A DNA stretch of 64,000 nucleotides from Anaerolineae bacterium (GCA_963675785.1 OY776562.1:1024001-1088000), one strand, 5' to 3'. Shown: positions 1 to 10,300, counted from the stretch's first letter. Numbers and translations: made by a program. Notes: generated by a model from the sequence alone, not told the origin.

Positions 1-108
1 CGTCTGCGGGGTGATAGGATACGCCGCAACGACATCTGGCTCTATTTGGCGCATGGCCTGCGCGACCGAGTTGGCTCCGTCGAGCGGCATGTACTTGCTT
101 TCTACCAT
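1..108 (-). CDS. porA: Pyruvate:ferredoxin oxidoreductase alpha subunit, N-terminus (runs off the window)
   Basis: Hand translation MVESKYMPLDGANSVAQAMRQIEPDVVAAYPITPQT contains the YPITP motif; follows porC-porD. Confidence 0.9.
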   Translation of the reverse strand, partial: MVESKYMPLDGANSVAQAMRQIEPDVVAAYPITPQT

Positions 109-127
109 TTTGTTCCTCCGTTGCAGG

Positions 128-481
128 CTAGTCCTGGGTGGCGTCGGACTCGGGGATCATCTGGAGCACCTTGCCAAGCTCACCAGTGACGGCGTGGGGC
201 TCTTTGATGTCCTTGGGACAAACCGTGGTGCAAATGCCGCAACCCTTGCAGTGGATGTAATCAATGCCGACGACTTTGCCATTTTCAACAAGAATCGACG
301 AGTCGGGGCAGGCGATCCAACATGCGAGGCAGTGGATGCACTGATCAGCATCGTGTACAGGGCGGAATGTACGCCACGTACCCGTCTGATAGGTCTCGGA
401 AATGCCTGGTGTGGTGACAACGCCACCAGGGTTTGCTTCGGTCCAGGGCAGATCCAGACGCGGAGCTTCATATCTTGCCAT
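128..481 (-). CDS. porD: Pyruvate:ferredoxin oxidoreductase delta subunit (2x[4Fe-4S])
   Basis: TGTWRTFRP; CIHCLACWIACPD and YIHCKGCGICTTVCP motifs. Confidence 0.92.
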   Translation of the reverse strand: MARYEAPRLDLPWTEANPGGVVTTPGISETYQTGTWRTFRPVHDADQCIHCLACWIACPDSSILVENGKVVGIDYIHCKGCGICTTVCPKDIKEPHAVTGELGKVLQMIPESDATQD

Positions 482-526
482 GAGTAAATCCTCCTGGATT
501 AGGTGGTATTCAGGATGCTCTAGGGC

Positions 527-1099
527 TTAGCCCTGTATGCATTCATCATAGGCCCGCTGAAGGGCGCGGACGTTAGCCTCGACGACTTCGGGGCGGAGCT
601 TGTTGCCCAGTGTTTCCCGGGTAACTTCAATAGCACATTCGATCGTGATCAGGCCGGTCGCCTTGGCGATAACACCCAACATCATCGTCGAGGGGATATC
701 TCTTTTGAGCTCTTCGAGTGCGATATTCGATGCGGGAACTGTCCACAGTTTGCCAGTTGCGAACTTGATCCGCTTGCGCATATCTTCGGGGGGCTCGGTG
801 GTGTTGATGATGATGAGGCCATCTTTTTTCAGGCCTTCGGTAATGTCGACAATACCGAGAAGGTTGGGATTCACTACAACTACGATGTCTGGTTCAAGAA
901 CGGGGCAGTGCATCTCGATCGGCTCATTGTCGATGCGCGTGTAGCACTTGATGGGAGCGCCCATACGCTCGGAGCCGTACTCTGGAAAGGCCTGGAAGAA
1001 CTTGCCCCCCTTCATAGCGACTTCGGCCAGGAGCTCGCTTGCCGTGACCACGCCTTGCCCGGCGCGTCCGTGCCACCGGAATTCGGTCATCTGGCTCAT
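527..1099 (-). CDS. porC: Pyruvate:ferredoxin oxidoreductase gamma subunit
   Basis: EFRWHGRAGQGVVTA and FPEYGSERMGAP; start placed at MSQMTEF after an AGGAGG RBS. Confidence 0.92.
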   Translation of the reverse strand: MSQMTEFRWHGRAGQGVVTASELLAEVAMKGGKFFQAFPEYGSERMGAPIKCYTRIDNEPIEMHCPVLEPDIVVVVNPNLLGIVDITEGLKKDGLIIINTTEPPEDMRKRIKFATGKLWTVPASNIALEELKRDIPSTMMLGVIAKATGLITIECAIEVTRETLGNKLRPEVVEANVRALQRAYDECIQG

Positions 1100-1387
1100 C
1101 CTTTGATACCTCCTGCGAAAACTTAAGGGCGCTACCACGAGGTACGCCCGGAGCATTTTTGACATGGCAAGCGCTGCGCAGTGGGCACTAAATATCATGC
1201 TGCCGCGCAGTGTGTCACGCCTCTCTAGAGTCCGAGCTATTGTAAGGCTCAGGCGGGCGTGTGTCAAGATGAGAGATAGACCGTGCAAGGCTTCACAAAG
1301 TTCAGGGAGCTGGCATGGAACTGGAATGCAAGAGCGATCGTTAGTATCTATAATGGCAAGATTGATTCTCAGACACGGGAGAAGCAG

Positions 1388-2062
1388 ATGAGATCATTGC
1401 AGATTGTCGAGTTCATTCTGCGTAGCAGAGACCAGTTCTTTGTTGAGGTGAGGGAGGGCAAGCAGCTTGGCCAAAAACTAAAATCCATGATCATTGCCAG
1501 CCTTTTATGTTTGCTGGTGTACGGCGCTGTTCTGGGGTCTTCGCACAGCGCACTACAGGCCCTCAGTTCGGCCATAAAGTTACCGATTCTTTTCTTGGTC
1601 ACATTGGTGCTGACCGGACCGACCCTCTATTTCTTCAGTGTCCTCTTTGGTTCCAACCAGACTCTGACGCAAAGCTTGGTTCTGCTGATGACGGCCATAA
1701 CCGTCACGTCGGTGCTTTTGCTCAGTTTTGCGCCAATCACCCTCTTTTTTCTCCTATCCACCAGTAGTTATCAACTCTTTAAACTGCTGAATGTGCTGTT
1801 CTTTATCATAGCGGGCTTTCGGGGTGTGCGCTTTTTGGGGTATGGCATGCGCATTGTCTCGCAGGATGAGCAAGGGTTGGGCCAACGCCATCGCCTGCTG
1901 TGGTTCTGGGTGGCGCTCTATGGTTTGGTGGGCAGTCAACTGGCTTGGACGCTGCGACCCTTTGTGGGTGCCCCGGGATTACCCTTTGAGCTATTCCGCG
2001 GCTTTGGCGGCACCTTTTTTGCCAACATACTCGTAAGCTTTGGTGAATTGCTGGGCCTTTAG
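1388..2062 (+). CDS. Multi-pass membrane protein of unknown function (Yip1-like)
   Basis: About 5-6 hydrophobic segments; conserved-looking GSQLAWTLRPFVG. Confidence 0.65.
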   Translation: MRSLQIVEFILRSRDQFFVEVREGKQLGQKLKSMIIASLLCLLVYGAVLGSSHSALQALSSAIKLPILFLVTLVLTGPTLYFFSVLFGSNQTLTQSLVLLMTAITVTSVLLLSFAPITLFFLLSTSSYQLFKLLNVLFFIIAGFRGVRFLGYGMRIVSQDEQGLGQRHRLLWFWVALYGLVGSQLAWTLRPFVGAPGLPFELFRGFGGTFFANILVSFGELLGL

Positions 2063-2087
2063 ACGCTGGTGATATAAGGAGAAGGCG

Positions 2088-2855
2088 ATGGCTGACGAAA
2101 ACAAGCGCCACGATATCACCGAGCAATTCCTCGATGTGTTGCTGGACGCTTTGATTGAGCGGAACAACGAACGAAAACGCGTTGGGTATTCGAGTGCCCG
2201 CAAGGCTGAGACGAATACGGCACAGGCTTCTACTGAGACATCTATTGGTGGTCAAGCTGCTGTAGCGCTCACGAATCGTATGGCTGTTTCGGCGCGAGCT
2301 GCTGGTCCTGGTGAAGCGGGGTGGATTCCAGCCCCTGCTGCCACTTCTATTGGGGTGGGGCGCACTTTGTGGCGGTTACTCCTGCTGGTTGTCATACTAG
2401 CTGTGGTGATCAACATTCCGGTGACATCCCACGGCGTGAGTTTGGCCAGACTTTTGCCCGATAGAGAGGCGCTGATCATCCGCGATGGGCTCTTGCTCAA
2501 GACCGAGGGCGACGCGATTTACGTGCTGATGGACAACGAACTGCATTGGATTCCCACGATCTCGGCCTTTGGGAAGATGGGCTATAGATGGGACGACGTA
2601 CATGTGGTGGACGAAGACTTTATGAGCCAGTTTGTGATGGGTGACCCCATGCCCCAGCTCATCAAGTGCGAGGATGAACCTCATGTGTATCGCGTTAATG
2701 CCGACGGTACACGCAGTTGGATTGTGGACATCAATACCTTTGTGGCCGAGGGGTACGTGTGGGATGATGTGATGGAATTGCCCTGTGACGAGGTAGAGGT
2801 GATTCCGCTGGGAGAGAGTATTCCAGCGGGTAACGGGGCTCCGCCAAATCAGTGA
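2088..2855 (+). CDS. Membrane-anchored hypothetical protein with two tandem C-terminal repeats
   Basis: AGGAGA RBS; one TM segment; two xY...W.....F...GYxWDDV repeats. Confidence 0.65.
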   Translation: MADENKRHDITEQFLDVLLDALIERNNERKRVGYSSARKAETNTAQASTETSIGGQAAVALTNRMAVSARAAGPGEAGWIPAPAATSIGVGRTLWRLLLLVVILAVVINIPVTSHGVSLARLLPDREALIIRDGLLLKTEGDAIYVLMDNELHWIPTISAFGKMGYRWDDVHVVDEDFMSQFVMGDPMPQLIKCEDEPHVYRVNADGTRSWIVDINTFVAEGYVWDDVMELPCDEVEVIPLGESIPAGNGAPPNQ

Positions 2856-2896
2856 TGACTGGATTTAGGAGATTTTGCGGATTCATTGTGTAAGGC

Positions 2897-2925
2897 TTGA
2901 CATTCAGCAGCTGCTGTGATATTGT
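2897..2925 (+). promoter_or_regulatory. Sigma70-type promoter for the riboswitch/ABC transcript
   Basis: TTGACA-17 nt-TATTGT with an extended TG. Confidence 0.55.
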
Positions 2926-3004
2926 CACTGTGGTTGAATATGACAGTTGATTACAACAGAAAAGTATATGCGTCGCCTAATGCAAACAGCATTACCGTTC
3001 AATG

Positions 3005-3115
3005 ACGAACGACTGACTGTCTGCAGCGGGGGAACCAGAATTGGGGCGAATCGTTTTCGGAACGTAGGGGCTTTCCTCTTTCTTCCCGAGCCCGTCAGCT
3101 AACCTCGCCGGCGTA
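3005..3115 (+). ncRNA. Cyclic di-AMP riboswitch (ydaO/yuaA class)
   Basis: Hallmark blocks in order: CGGGGGAACC, GGGGCGAATC, GTAGGG, CCCGAGCCCGTCAGCTAACCTCG. Confidence 0.88.
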
Positions 3116-3123
3116 GAAAAGGA

Positions 3124-3158
3124 CACCGCACGTATTTGTACGGGCGGTGGCCTTTTTT
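3124..3158 (+). terminator. Intrinsic terminator (riboswitch expression platform)
   Basis: CACCGCACGTA...TACGGGCGGTG stem followed by a T-tract. Confidence 0.75.
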
Positions 3159-3224
3159 GTTGCGTCAAACTGTCTATCGTCCGCCCTATATCCGTCCATG
3201 TATGAAAAAAAGGGAGGAACCGGA

Positions 3225-5492
3225 ATGAAGGCGGAAAGCAAAGAGAACGATGATACGGCACTGATTGCAGAACAGGTGCCAACGCCAGTATTGCGATGTC
3301 TGGAGACGGAAGGTGGCAGCCCCTTCCGATTGACACTTGTATGCAAGTCCGATCTCGCACCCAACGGTGAATTTGGTGAACAATGGCTGCTCCTCGATGA
3401 AGAGACATTCTATGTGGTGAGCCGTTCCGTAGATGGGGCGGACCTTCGCTATAAATATGACCTTGCTCGTATTTCTGATGCGCACATTGAGCGCTGTGTC
3501 GGCAATGGGCTCTTGAGTTTGACTGTCGATGACGAACCGCAGGTTGTGCTTCACTTTTCCAACGAGCTTGGCAAAGAGTTTGGGGCTATCGCCCAATACC
3601 TTCATATGCGCGCATCAGAAGGTGTGGATGTGGATATCCCCGATATTCATGCTGACGCCAACCGTTGTATCTATTGTGGACGTCCTCTTCTCGATTCTAC
3701 GAGTAGAGTTTGCCCGAGGTGCATCCAAAAGAGTCAGGTGTTCAAGCGACTCATGTCACTAGCTAGCCCACACAGGGGTGCTATAGTCCTGATCACCGTG
3801 CTGCTTTTGGGCATTGTGGCGATTGACCTGACGCCGCCGTACTTGCAGCGAATCCTTATCGACCAAGTTTTGGTTCAAGGCGGCAGTTACAAGCTGTTAC
3901 TGTGGCTTGTTTTGGGGCTGTTGGGCTTGCGCATGGTGCGCGTAGGCGTGGTGATCTGGAAGAACCGCCTAACCATCGGCGTGGGCAGCCGCTTTACGGC
4001 CGAAATGCGTGAGAAACTGTTTGATCACGTCAAAGATCTACCCGTCGAGTACTTTGAAAAGGCCCAGACTGGCCGCTTGATGACCAGAATCAATACAGAT
4101 ACGGATGAGCTTCAAGGGCTGATATCCGAGTTGACCATGGCGCTTATGCGCATCATGACGGTCATTGGCATCAGTGTCGTCCTGTTCAGCATGTCGCCAT
4201 CCTTAGGTTGGTATGGGCTGATCCCGACGCCATTGGTGATGCTGGCTGCATATCTCTACTATCGGCGAATGCGTCCGCATTTTCGCAGGCGCTGGATGGC
4301 GCGCCGCCGCTTTAACGCCATGCTAAATACTTTTTTGAGCGGCGTTCGCGTTGTCAAGGCGTTTGGCCAGGAGCAACTGGAAGAGCGGCGTTACAAGGCT
4401 CATAACGACGCTTATCTGAATAGTATCTTACAGGTCGATTTAGCCTGGTCGCGCTTTTTCCCTATTGCTTCATTTGCTTTTGGGGCTGGCGGCTTGATTA
4501 TTTGGTACGTGGGCGGGCGCTCCGTCATGGCCGGGCAGATTACTGTAGGCACCCTGATCGCCTTTCTGGGTTACCTGGGTATGTTTTACGGCCCGCTCTC
4601 AGAGCTCACCAACGTCTCGCAATCGCTCAACCGCTTTGTGACGATTGCGCAGGGGCTTTTCGATCTGTTGGATGAAGAAGCTCAGCCGCAGCCGGTGCGA
4701 CCGGTGCGTCGCGAGTTGTTGAATGGCGGCATCGTGTTCGATAACGTGAGCTTTGGCTACGATCCCTACAATCCAGTGATCCGCGATCTCTCGATGAAAA
4801 TCGAGCCGGGCGAACTGATTGGTGTGGTCGGTCACAGCGGCGCTGGCAAATCGACGCTTATCAACCTACTGTGCCGCTTTTATGATGTGACCAATGGCTC
4901 TATTCGCATCGACGGTATCGACTTGCGCGATATGTCGATGGACGATATCCGCCGGAATATTGGCGTCGTGCTCCAGCAGCCTTACCTATTTGCCGGCACT
5001 GTTGCCGAGAACCTGGCATACGGTATGCCCAATGCCAAGCGAATTGACATAATTCGAGCGGCCAAGGCTGCAAACGCGCATGATTTTATCACGATGATGC
5101 CAGAAGGTTATGACACCATGGTTGGTGAGGGCGGCGGTGGTCTTTCGGGTGGAGAGCGGCAGCGCGTTTCCATCGCTCGAGCCATCTTGAACGACCCGCG
5201 CATCCTGATACTGGATGAAGCAACTTCATCGGTAGATACCAAGACCGAGCGGCAGATTCAGGAAGCGTTGGACCATCTGGTGCAGGGGCGTACCACCATT
5301 GCCATTGCCCACCGTCTTTCGACGCTTTCGAACGCGAATCGCATTGTGGTGATGAATCACGGGCGCATTGAAGAAGAGGGCGAACCGCAGGCACTTCTTG
5401 ATAAGAAGGGGGCCTTCTATGACCTGGTGCAGTTGCAGAACCGTTTCAGCCGTTACCAGGAGCATGCGGAACTACTAGGAGCAGCGAAATGA
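3225..5492 (+). CDS. ABC exporter (TMD+NBD) with N-terminal extension and CxxC-CxxC zinc ribbon
   Basis: Walker A GHSGAGKS, LSGGERQR, ILDEATS; CIYC...CPRC precedes the TMD; GGAGG RBS. Confidence 0.9.
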   Translation: MKAESKENDDTALIAEQVPTPVLRCLETEGGSPFRLTLVCKSDLAPNGEFGEQWLLLDEETFYVVSRSVDGADLRYKYDLARISDAHIERCVGNGLLSLTVDDEPQVVLHFSNELGKEFGAIAQYLHMRASEGVDVDIPDIHADANRCIYCGRPLLDSTSRVCPRCIQKSQVFKRLMSLASPHRGAIVLITVLLLGIVAIDLTPPYLQRILIDQVLVQGGSYKLLLWLVLGLLGLRMVRVGVVIWKNRLTIGVGSRFTAEMREKLFDHVKDLPVEYFEKAQTGRLMTRINTDTDELQGLISELTMALMRIMTVIGISVVLFSMSPSLGWYGLIPTPLVMLAAYLYYRRMRPHFRRRWMARRRFNAMLNTFLSGVRVVKAFGQEQLEERRYKAHNDAYLNSILQVDLAWSRFFPIASFAFGAGGLIIWYVGGRSVMAGQITVGTLIAFLGYLGMFYGPLSELTNVSQSLNRFVTIAQGLFDLLDEEAQPQPVRPVRRELLNGGIVFDNVSFGYDPYNPVIRDLSMKIEPGELIGVVGHSGAGKSTLINLLCRFYDVTNGSIRIDGIDLRDMSMDDIRRNIGVVLQQPYLFAGTVAENLAYGMPNAKRIDIIRAAKAANAHDFITMMPEGYDTMVGEGGGGLSGGERQRVSIARAILNDPRILILDEATSSVDTKTERQIQEALDHLVQGRTTIAIAHRLSTLSNANRIVVMNHGRIEEEGEPQALLDKKGAFYDLVQLQNRFSRYQEHAELLGAAK

Positions 5493-6004
5493 CAGCAAGT
5501 TATGAGATTCGCGAGCTGACCCCTTTTGAGGTCCGTTTTGCCAAGAATAGAGATAACCTGACATTGACCCTCTCAGACGGCACGTTTTACGGCCGTACCG
5601 AGCTTCGGCGCTGCTTTCCAATGTCTGAAGGCACACAGTTTATCTCGGTTCGTGATCCCAATACTGATGATCATGATGAGATTGGGGTCATCATGGATTA
5701 TGGTCTGCTTAGCGAGGCGGATCGGGAGTTGGTGGAAGAGGCACTGGAGCTTTTTTACTTTGTGCCCAAGATCACCCAGGTGCGCAGCGTCAAAGAAGAG
5801 TTCGGCTTTTTGTACTGGCAAGTGTTGACAGACAAAGGCGAACTAGAATTTGTTATGCGAGACAGCATCATGTCGTATGTGCGTGAGGTCAGTGCTACGC
5901 GGTATGTAGTGATTGACATCAACAAAACGCGCTACGAGATACCAGATCTACTGGCTCTTGATTCCCACAGTCAGGGGCTAGTTAGACGGATGCTGTGCAT
6001 ATAA
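5489..6004 (+). CDS. DUF1854 family protein
   Basis: RCFP..FISV, YFVPKI and WQVLTDKG pattern; 4-nt overlap with the ABC gene. Confidence 0.75.
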   Translation: MTASYEIRELTPFEVRFAKNRDNLTLTLSDGTFYGRTELRRCFPMSEGTQFISVRDPNTDDHDEIGVIMDYGLLSEADRELVEEALELFYFVPKITQVRSVKEEFGFLYWQVLTDKGELEFVMRDSIMSYVREVSATRYVVIDINKTRYEIPDLLALDSHSQGLVRRMLCI

Positions 6005-6036
6005 ACCGGAGTTAATCCGGCACAACCCTCCACAGT

Positions 6037-6072
6037 GCAAGAGGGGCTGGCCTTATGGCCAGCCCCTCTTGC
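6037..6072. terminator. Hairpin between convergent genes
   Basis: Perfect 16-bp stem GCAAGAGGGGCTGGCC / GGCCAGCCCCTCTTGC. Confidence 0.7.
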
Positions 6073-6075
6073 CGT

Positions 6076-6459
6076 TTATGATGGTTCAGATGCCAGACGA
6101 TGTCGTCTGATCGATGTTTCCATCTTGGAGGCACAATTGACACACAATGCCGCCTCGGGAATCAGTTCTAGCCGGGCTTCAGGAATCTCTACGCCGCACA
6201 TCTCACATGTGCCATATGTGCCATCTTCAACACGCTGAATTGCGTGTTCGACGTTGAGAAGACGTTCTCGTAGATTATTGATTAGCGATAACGTCTTGCC
6301 GCGCTCGTAAATTGCATCGGCGACATCTGCTTGATCATCATCGCCCGGTTGTGCTGTCTCGATCTCATCATGCAATGAATCTTCTTTTCGATCAATCTCT
6401 CGCACAATCTTTTCTTGCAGTGCTTGAAGCATCTGCAACGTGCTTTCGGTGTCCACCAT
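6076..6459 (-). CDS. TraR/DksA family C4 zinc-finger protein
   Basis: DQAD coiled-coil tip; GTYGTCEMCG..IPEARLELIP..ALCVNC. Confidence 0.88.
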   Translation of the reverse strand: MVDTESTLQMLQALQEKIVREIDRKEDSLHDEIETAQPGDDDQADVADAIYERGKTLSLINNLRERLLNVEHAIQRVEDGTYGTCEMCGVEIPEARLELIPEAALCVNCASKMETSIRRHRLASEPS

Positions 6460-6476
6460 AGCTTTTACTCCTATGG

Positions 6477-6989
6477 CTAATATTGTATGACGCTGAACAC
6501 GTCATAATCGGCCAGCTTTTCGCGGCCGTGAAGGAACAACAGCTCTACAACGAACGCTGCTCCCACGACTTGGCCGCCCAGTTGTTCAACCAGGCGGATG
6601 CTTGCCTCCGCAGAACCCCCAGTGGCAAGCAGATCATCTACGACAAGCACACGCTGCCCTGGCTTGATGGCATCTGTATGCATCTCCAGGGAATTGGTAC
6701 CATATTCCAAACTGTATTCTATGGATATGGATTCGGCAGGCAGCTTGCCTGGTTTTCGCACCGGCACAAAACCAGCACCGAGAGCTAAGGCTAGGGGTGC
6801 GCCAAAGATAAACCCTCGTGATTCGATGGCAGCCACGGCATCGATCTTTTCACTCTGATAGTGTTCGACGAGTGCATCTACAGCGGCTTTGAACCCATCC
6901 GGATCTTGAAGAAGGGTGGTGATATCTTTAAAGAGCACGCCTTCTGCAGGAAAGTCCGGAATATCACGGATGAGTGCGGCCAGGTCCAT
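6477..6989 (-). CDS. apt: Adenine phosphoribosyltransferase
   Basis: IPDFP..GVLFKDIT, ESRGF, VDDLLATGGS. Confidence 0.96.
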   Translation of the reverse strand: MDLAALIRDIPDFPAEGVLFKDITTLLQDPDGFKAAVDALVEHYQSEKIDAVAAIESRGFIFGAPLALALGAGFVPVRKPGKLPAESISIEYSLEYGTNSLEMHTDAIKPGQRVLVVDDLLATGGSAEASIRLVEQLGGQVVGAAFVVELLFLHGREKLADYDVFSVIQY

Positions 6990-7290
6990 CGATCATTTCT
7001 CCCTTCAGACACCGGCGTCAATACAAGAAACGACACCCGGACGCTTCAACGCGCAAGGGTGACGTACTGGGTGCCCCAATAACTATGAATGCGGCTCGGG
7101 CAAATGCCGCGAGTCGCTTGACGTTCTGTACATTTGATTGTCGCAAATTATAGCACCGCACAGAGCCAGAGTCAAGGGTTTTCGCTGCATGGAATCGAAC
7201 TCGTGCAGGCTCCTTTGCTTGATGCACAAGTACTTTTCCTGTTAAACTGCGCACGCTGTGGATCAGATCAGTTTAGCCTTGGGAGAAATC

Positions 7291-8796
7291 ATGTCAGAGC
7301 GTCCGAATATTCTGTTTTTGCAGAGCGATCAACATCGTTGGGATGCCCTCGGTTGTGTTAATCCAATCGTGCAAACCCCGAATCTGGATGCGCTGGCGGC
7401 ACGCGGCATCCGTTTCGATCAAGCGGTATGCAATATTCCCATGTGTGTGCCCAGCCGCTATTCCATGATGATGGGACTCTATGGCTCGCTGGTTGGCTAT
7501 CGCCATAACACTACTTGGTCATATGCTGATGCCGATCTGCCAGCACCCGTGCTGCCCCAGATGATGGCGAATGCTGGTTATCAGACGGCAGGTTTTGGCA
7601 AGACGCACTGGTATATCGGTTATCGCATGATGCCCGAGATCGAGCCAGAGCATTCGACGCGCGGGTTTCAACACCGAGTATTGCAGAGTTATCTACGCCC
7701 TGAGAATGGCGATCATGAGGAGCCGGCTATTCTTCAGTGGGATGAGGAACGTGAGTGGGTTCAGGAACTGGAGGCAGAGCGCATGATTGATGGTGTCAAT
7801 CATGGCGGAGAGTCGGTCATTGGCTACAAGGGCTTTACCAGCGGCGTCCCTGGCCAGCATCATGCTGAAGGATATCTCACGCGCAAATGCCTGGATTGGC
7901 TCGACAAGGGTCGTGATCCCCAGCGGCCCTTCTTTCTCTACCTTTCTTTTGACAAACCCCACGCTGCCAATATTGTTCCCCCAGGTTATGAGGAGCGTTA
8001 CAATTTGGCTGATATTCCCGAGCGTCTGTTACCACCCTGGGGGCGTCCAGACGAGTTTCATGTACCCATGGATAGGCGGGCCGAGGACTGGAGCGGCCAG
8101 AGTTCTGAAGCACAGCGCCTGTGTACGTTGCGTTATTATGCCCTTTGTACTTATGTTGATGAACTCTATGGTCATGTATTGGCCGAGTTAGAGCAGCTGG
8201 GTGAGTTGGATAACACCATGATCCTTTTTACAGCGGATCATGGGGAGATGCTAGGCGATCGTGGACACCGCTTTAGCAAGTATAGCCTCTATGATGATTC
8301 AATTCGTGTTCCGCTCATTGTGGCCGGGCCGCAGGTGCCCTACGCGTCACGCGGCACGGTGGATCATCGACCTGCTGAACTGGTAGACGTGGTGCCCACG
8401 CTAATGCACGCTGTTGGGGAAGATCACGATCCCACCAGTTCGGGGATCAGTTTGTTTCGCAAACCAGAAAAGCGCGGAACTTTTACAGAAATGCATGGTT
8501 CAGGTTATGAAACTTTGCAACATGCACCGGCCTATTGCTGGCGGAGTGATGGTTGGAAACTCATCGTTTATATGGACGGCGATCTTGAGGGAGCTTTCTC
8601 TCGGGTTGGCGAGGCATCGGGTGAGCTTTACAATCTGGATGCTGATCCTGAAGAGTGGACTAACCTGTGGAATATTCAAGAATACGCGCCTCGGCGCGAG
8701 CAGCTATTGCGCGAATTGTTGATGCATCTGGCAGTGGCCAGCGCACGCTACCCTCAGTGCTGCTCACGAGCCCACATTGCTTCGCAAGGCTGTTAG
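7291..8796 (+). CDS. Sulfatase (Cys-type)
   Basis: PNILFLQSDQHR, CVPSR formylglycine motif, GKTH, ADHGE. Confidence 0.9.
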   Translation: MSERPNILFLQSDQHRWDALGCVNPIVQTPNLDALAARGIRFDQAVCNIPMCVPSRYSMMMGLYGSLVGYRHNTTWSYADADLPAPVLPQMMANAGYQTAGFGKTHWYIGYRMMPEIEPEHSTRGFQHRVLQSYLRPENGDHEEPAILQWDEEREWVQELEAERMIDGVNHGGESVIGYKGFTSGVPGQHHAEGYLTRKCLDWLDKGRDPQRPFFLYLSFDKPHAANIVPPGYEERYNLADIPERLLPPWGRPDEFHVPMDRRAEDWSGQSSEAQRLCTLRYYALCTYVDELYGHVLAELEQLGELDNTMILFTADHGEMLGDRGHRFSKYSLYDDSIRVPLIVAGPQVPYASRGTVDHRPAELVDVVPTLMHAVGEDHDPTSSGISLFRKPEKRGTFTEMHGSGYETLQHAPAYCWRSDGWKLIVYMDGDLEGAFSRVGEASGELYNLDADPEEWTNLWNIQEYAPRREQLLRELLMHLAVASARYPQCCSRAHIASQGC

Positions 8797-8797
8797 G

Positions 8798-9421
8798 ATG
8801 ACTGTTTTGGTCGAGACTCCCATTTTATATGGCGAGCGTGTGTTGCTTCGGCGCGCCGTGCTGCGTGATGCCCAGGATCGCCTAGCTTGTGGCGCCGATC
8901 CCGAGCTGACTCGCCTCTACGGCGGCGATCCCTCGCAGGTTCATGCTATGACGGCGGACGATGCTGAAGGCTGGGCGCAAAAGATGATCGATAGCGATAA
9001 CCCCTATTCTTGGGTGATTGCCGTGAACGCTGGCGAGGCTGACCCGGTAGGCAAGTGCGTGGGCACAGTCCGGCTGCATTCACTCGATGCCCACGACCAT
9101 CGGGCACGTTATGCCATCGGCATTTTTGATGCACACTATCGCGGCAAGGGCTATGGCCGCGAGGTAACCAAGCTCGTGTTGGATTACGCGTTTGGCGTTT
9201 TGAACCTGCATCGTGTGGATTTACGCGTTCTTGAATTCAACAGTGTGGCCATCGCCTGCTATCAAGCCTGCGGCTTTGCAGTAGAGGGGAGAGAACGGGA
9301 GAGCTGCTGCATCCAGGGCGAGTGGTATGACGATATCATGATGAGTATTCTACAAGAGGAGTGGCAACAGCTTGATAAGCGCTATATCCATGGCCAAGAT
9401 TCTATTCGGTCATATGTGTGA
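8798..9421 (+). CDS. GNAT N-acetyltransferase (RimJ/RimL-like)
   Basis: YRGKGYG, LHRVDLRVLEFN, CGFAVEG. Confidence 0.88.
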   Translation: MTVLVETPILYGERVLLRRAVLRDAQDRLACGADPELTRLYGGDPSQVHAMTADDAEGWAQKMIDSDNPYSWVIAVNAGEADPVGKCVGTVRLHSLDAHDHRARYAIGIFDAHYRGKGYGREVTKLVLDYAFGVLNLHRVDLRVLEFNSVAIACYQACGFAVEGRERESCCIQGEWYDDIMMSILQEEWQQLDKRYIHGQDSIRSYV

Positions 9422-9520
9422 TGCGGCTATCGACATTTGGGGATATAACTATGGCTACAGCGAGAGCGGTTTTCGATTGATCGATTGGTCTTGGACACAC
9501 ACAAAGGTATTGACATAATT

Positions 9521-10300
9521 ATGGCAAATGTGCTTTTCGTACTCAAAAAACTCGTTTCACGATTGCTATTCCCGGCACCAGTCATTGCTATTGTGTTGCT
9601 GGTTGGCGTGCTGCTGCTCTGGTTCAGCAAGCGCCGTCAAAAGTTGGGCAAAATCCTAGTTTCTGTATCGTTGGTTTTGTTTTTGTTGGGTACCAACGGG
9701 ACGGTGGTGGCCTATATATGCGCACCGCTAGACCGCATGTATGATGCTTATGGTGTGACTGACAATCCTGTGCCGGTGGATTACGTGGTAGTGTTGGGCG
9801 GTGGGCATTCCGATGATGAGACACTCTCGCCCATGGGCAAACTTGCGACGGAAACCGCGGTCAGGGTGGCTGAGGGAATTCGCGTTTACCTGATGAATCC
9901 AGGCAGTAAACTTGTCCTGGCGGGCGGCACAGTGTGGGAGCCCACGCCTGAAGCGGTCAACATGCAGGCTATGGCCATTGCCCTGGGTGTTCCTGAAGAG
10001 GATATCATTCTAGAGACGGAATCACGCGATACTGACGATCAGGCCAGGCTCATTGGTGCTATTGTGGGCGATAGTCCGTTTGCACTGGTTACTTCAGGGC
10101 TGCACATGGTGCGTTCGATGAAACTGTTTGAGGCTCAGGGCCTGGATCCGATTCCTGCACCTACGGCACAGCGCGTCAAGGGCGGCGGAGGCTTTGATCC
10201 GACGGGACTCTATCCCGATGCCAGCAAGCTGGCCGATTTGCGCATTGCCGTGTATGAATACATTGGTTTGGCCTGGGGCTGGGTTAGGGGGCTGTACTAG
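9521..10300 (+). CDS. ElyC/YdcF (DUF218) family protein
   Basis: Two N-terminal TM segments; VVVLGGG, SRDT, LVTSGLHMVRS. Confidence 0.85.
   Translation: MANVLFVLKKLVSRLLFPAPVIAIVLLVGVLLLWFSKRRQKLGKILVSVSLVLFLLGTNGTVVAYICAPLDRMYDAYGVTDNPVPVDYVVVLGGGHSDDETLSPMGKLATETAVRVAEGIRVYLMNPGSKLVLAGGTVWEPTPEAVNMQAMAIALGVPEEDIILETESRDTDDQARLIGAIVGDSPFALVTSGLHMVRSMKLFEAQGLDPIPAPTAQRVKGGGGFDPTGLYPDASKLADLRIAVYEYIGLAWGWVRGLY

Noticed and set aside
1100-1387. N-terminal extensions of the porC and 1283 ORFs
   Set aside because: Better RBS-supported starts at 1099 and 1388; this region is a divergent promoter
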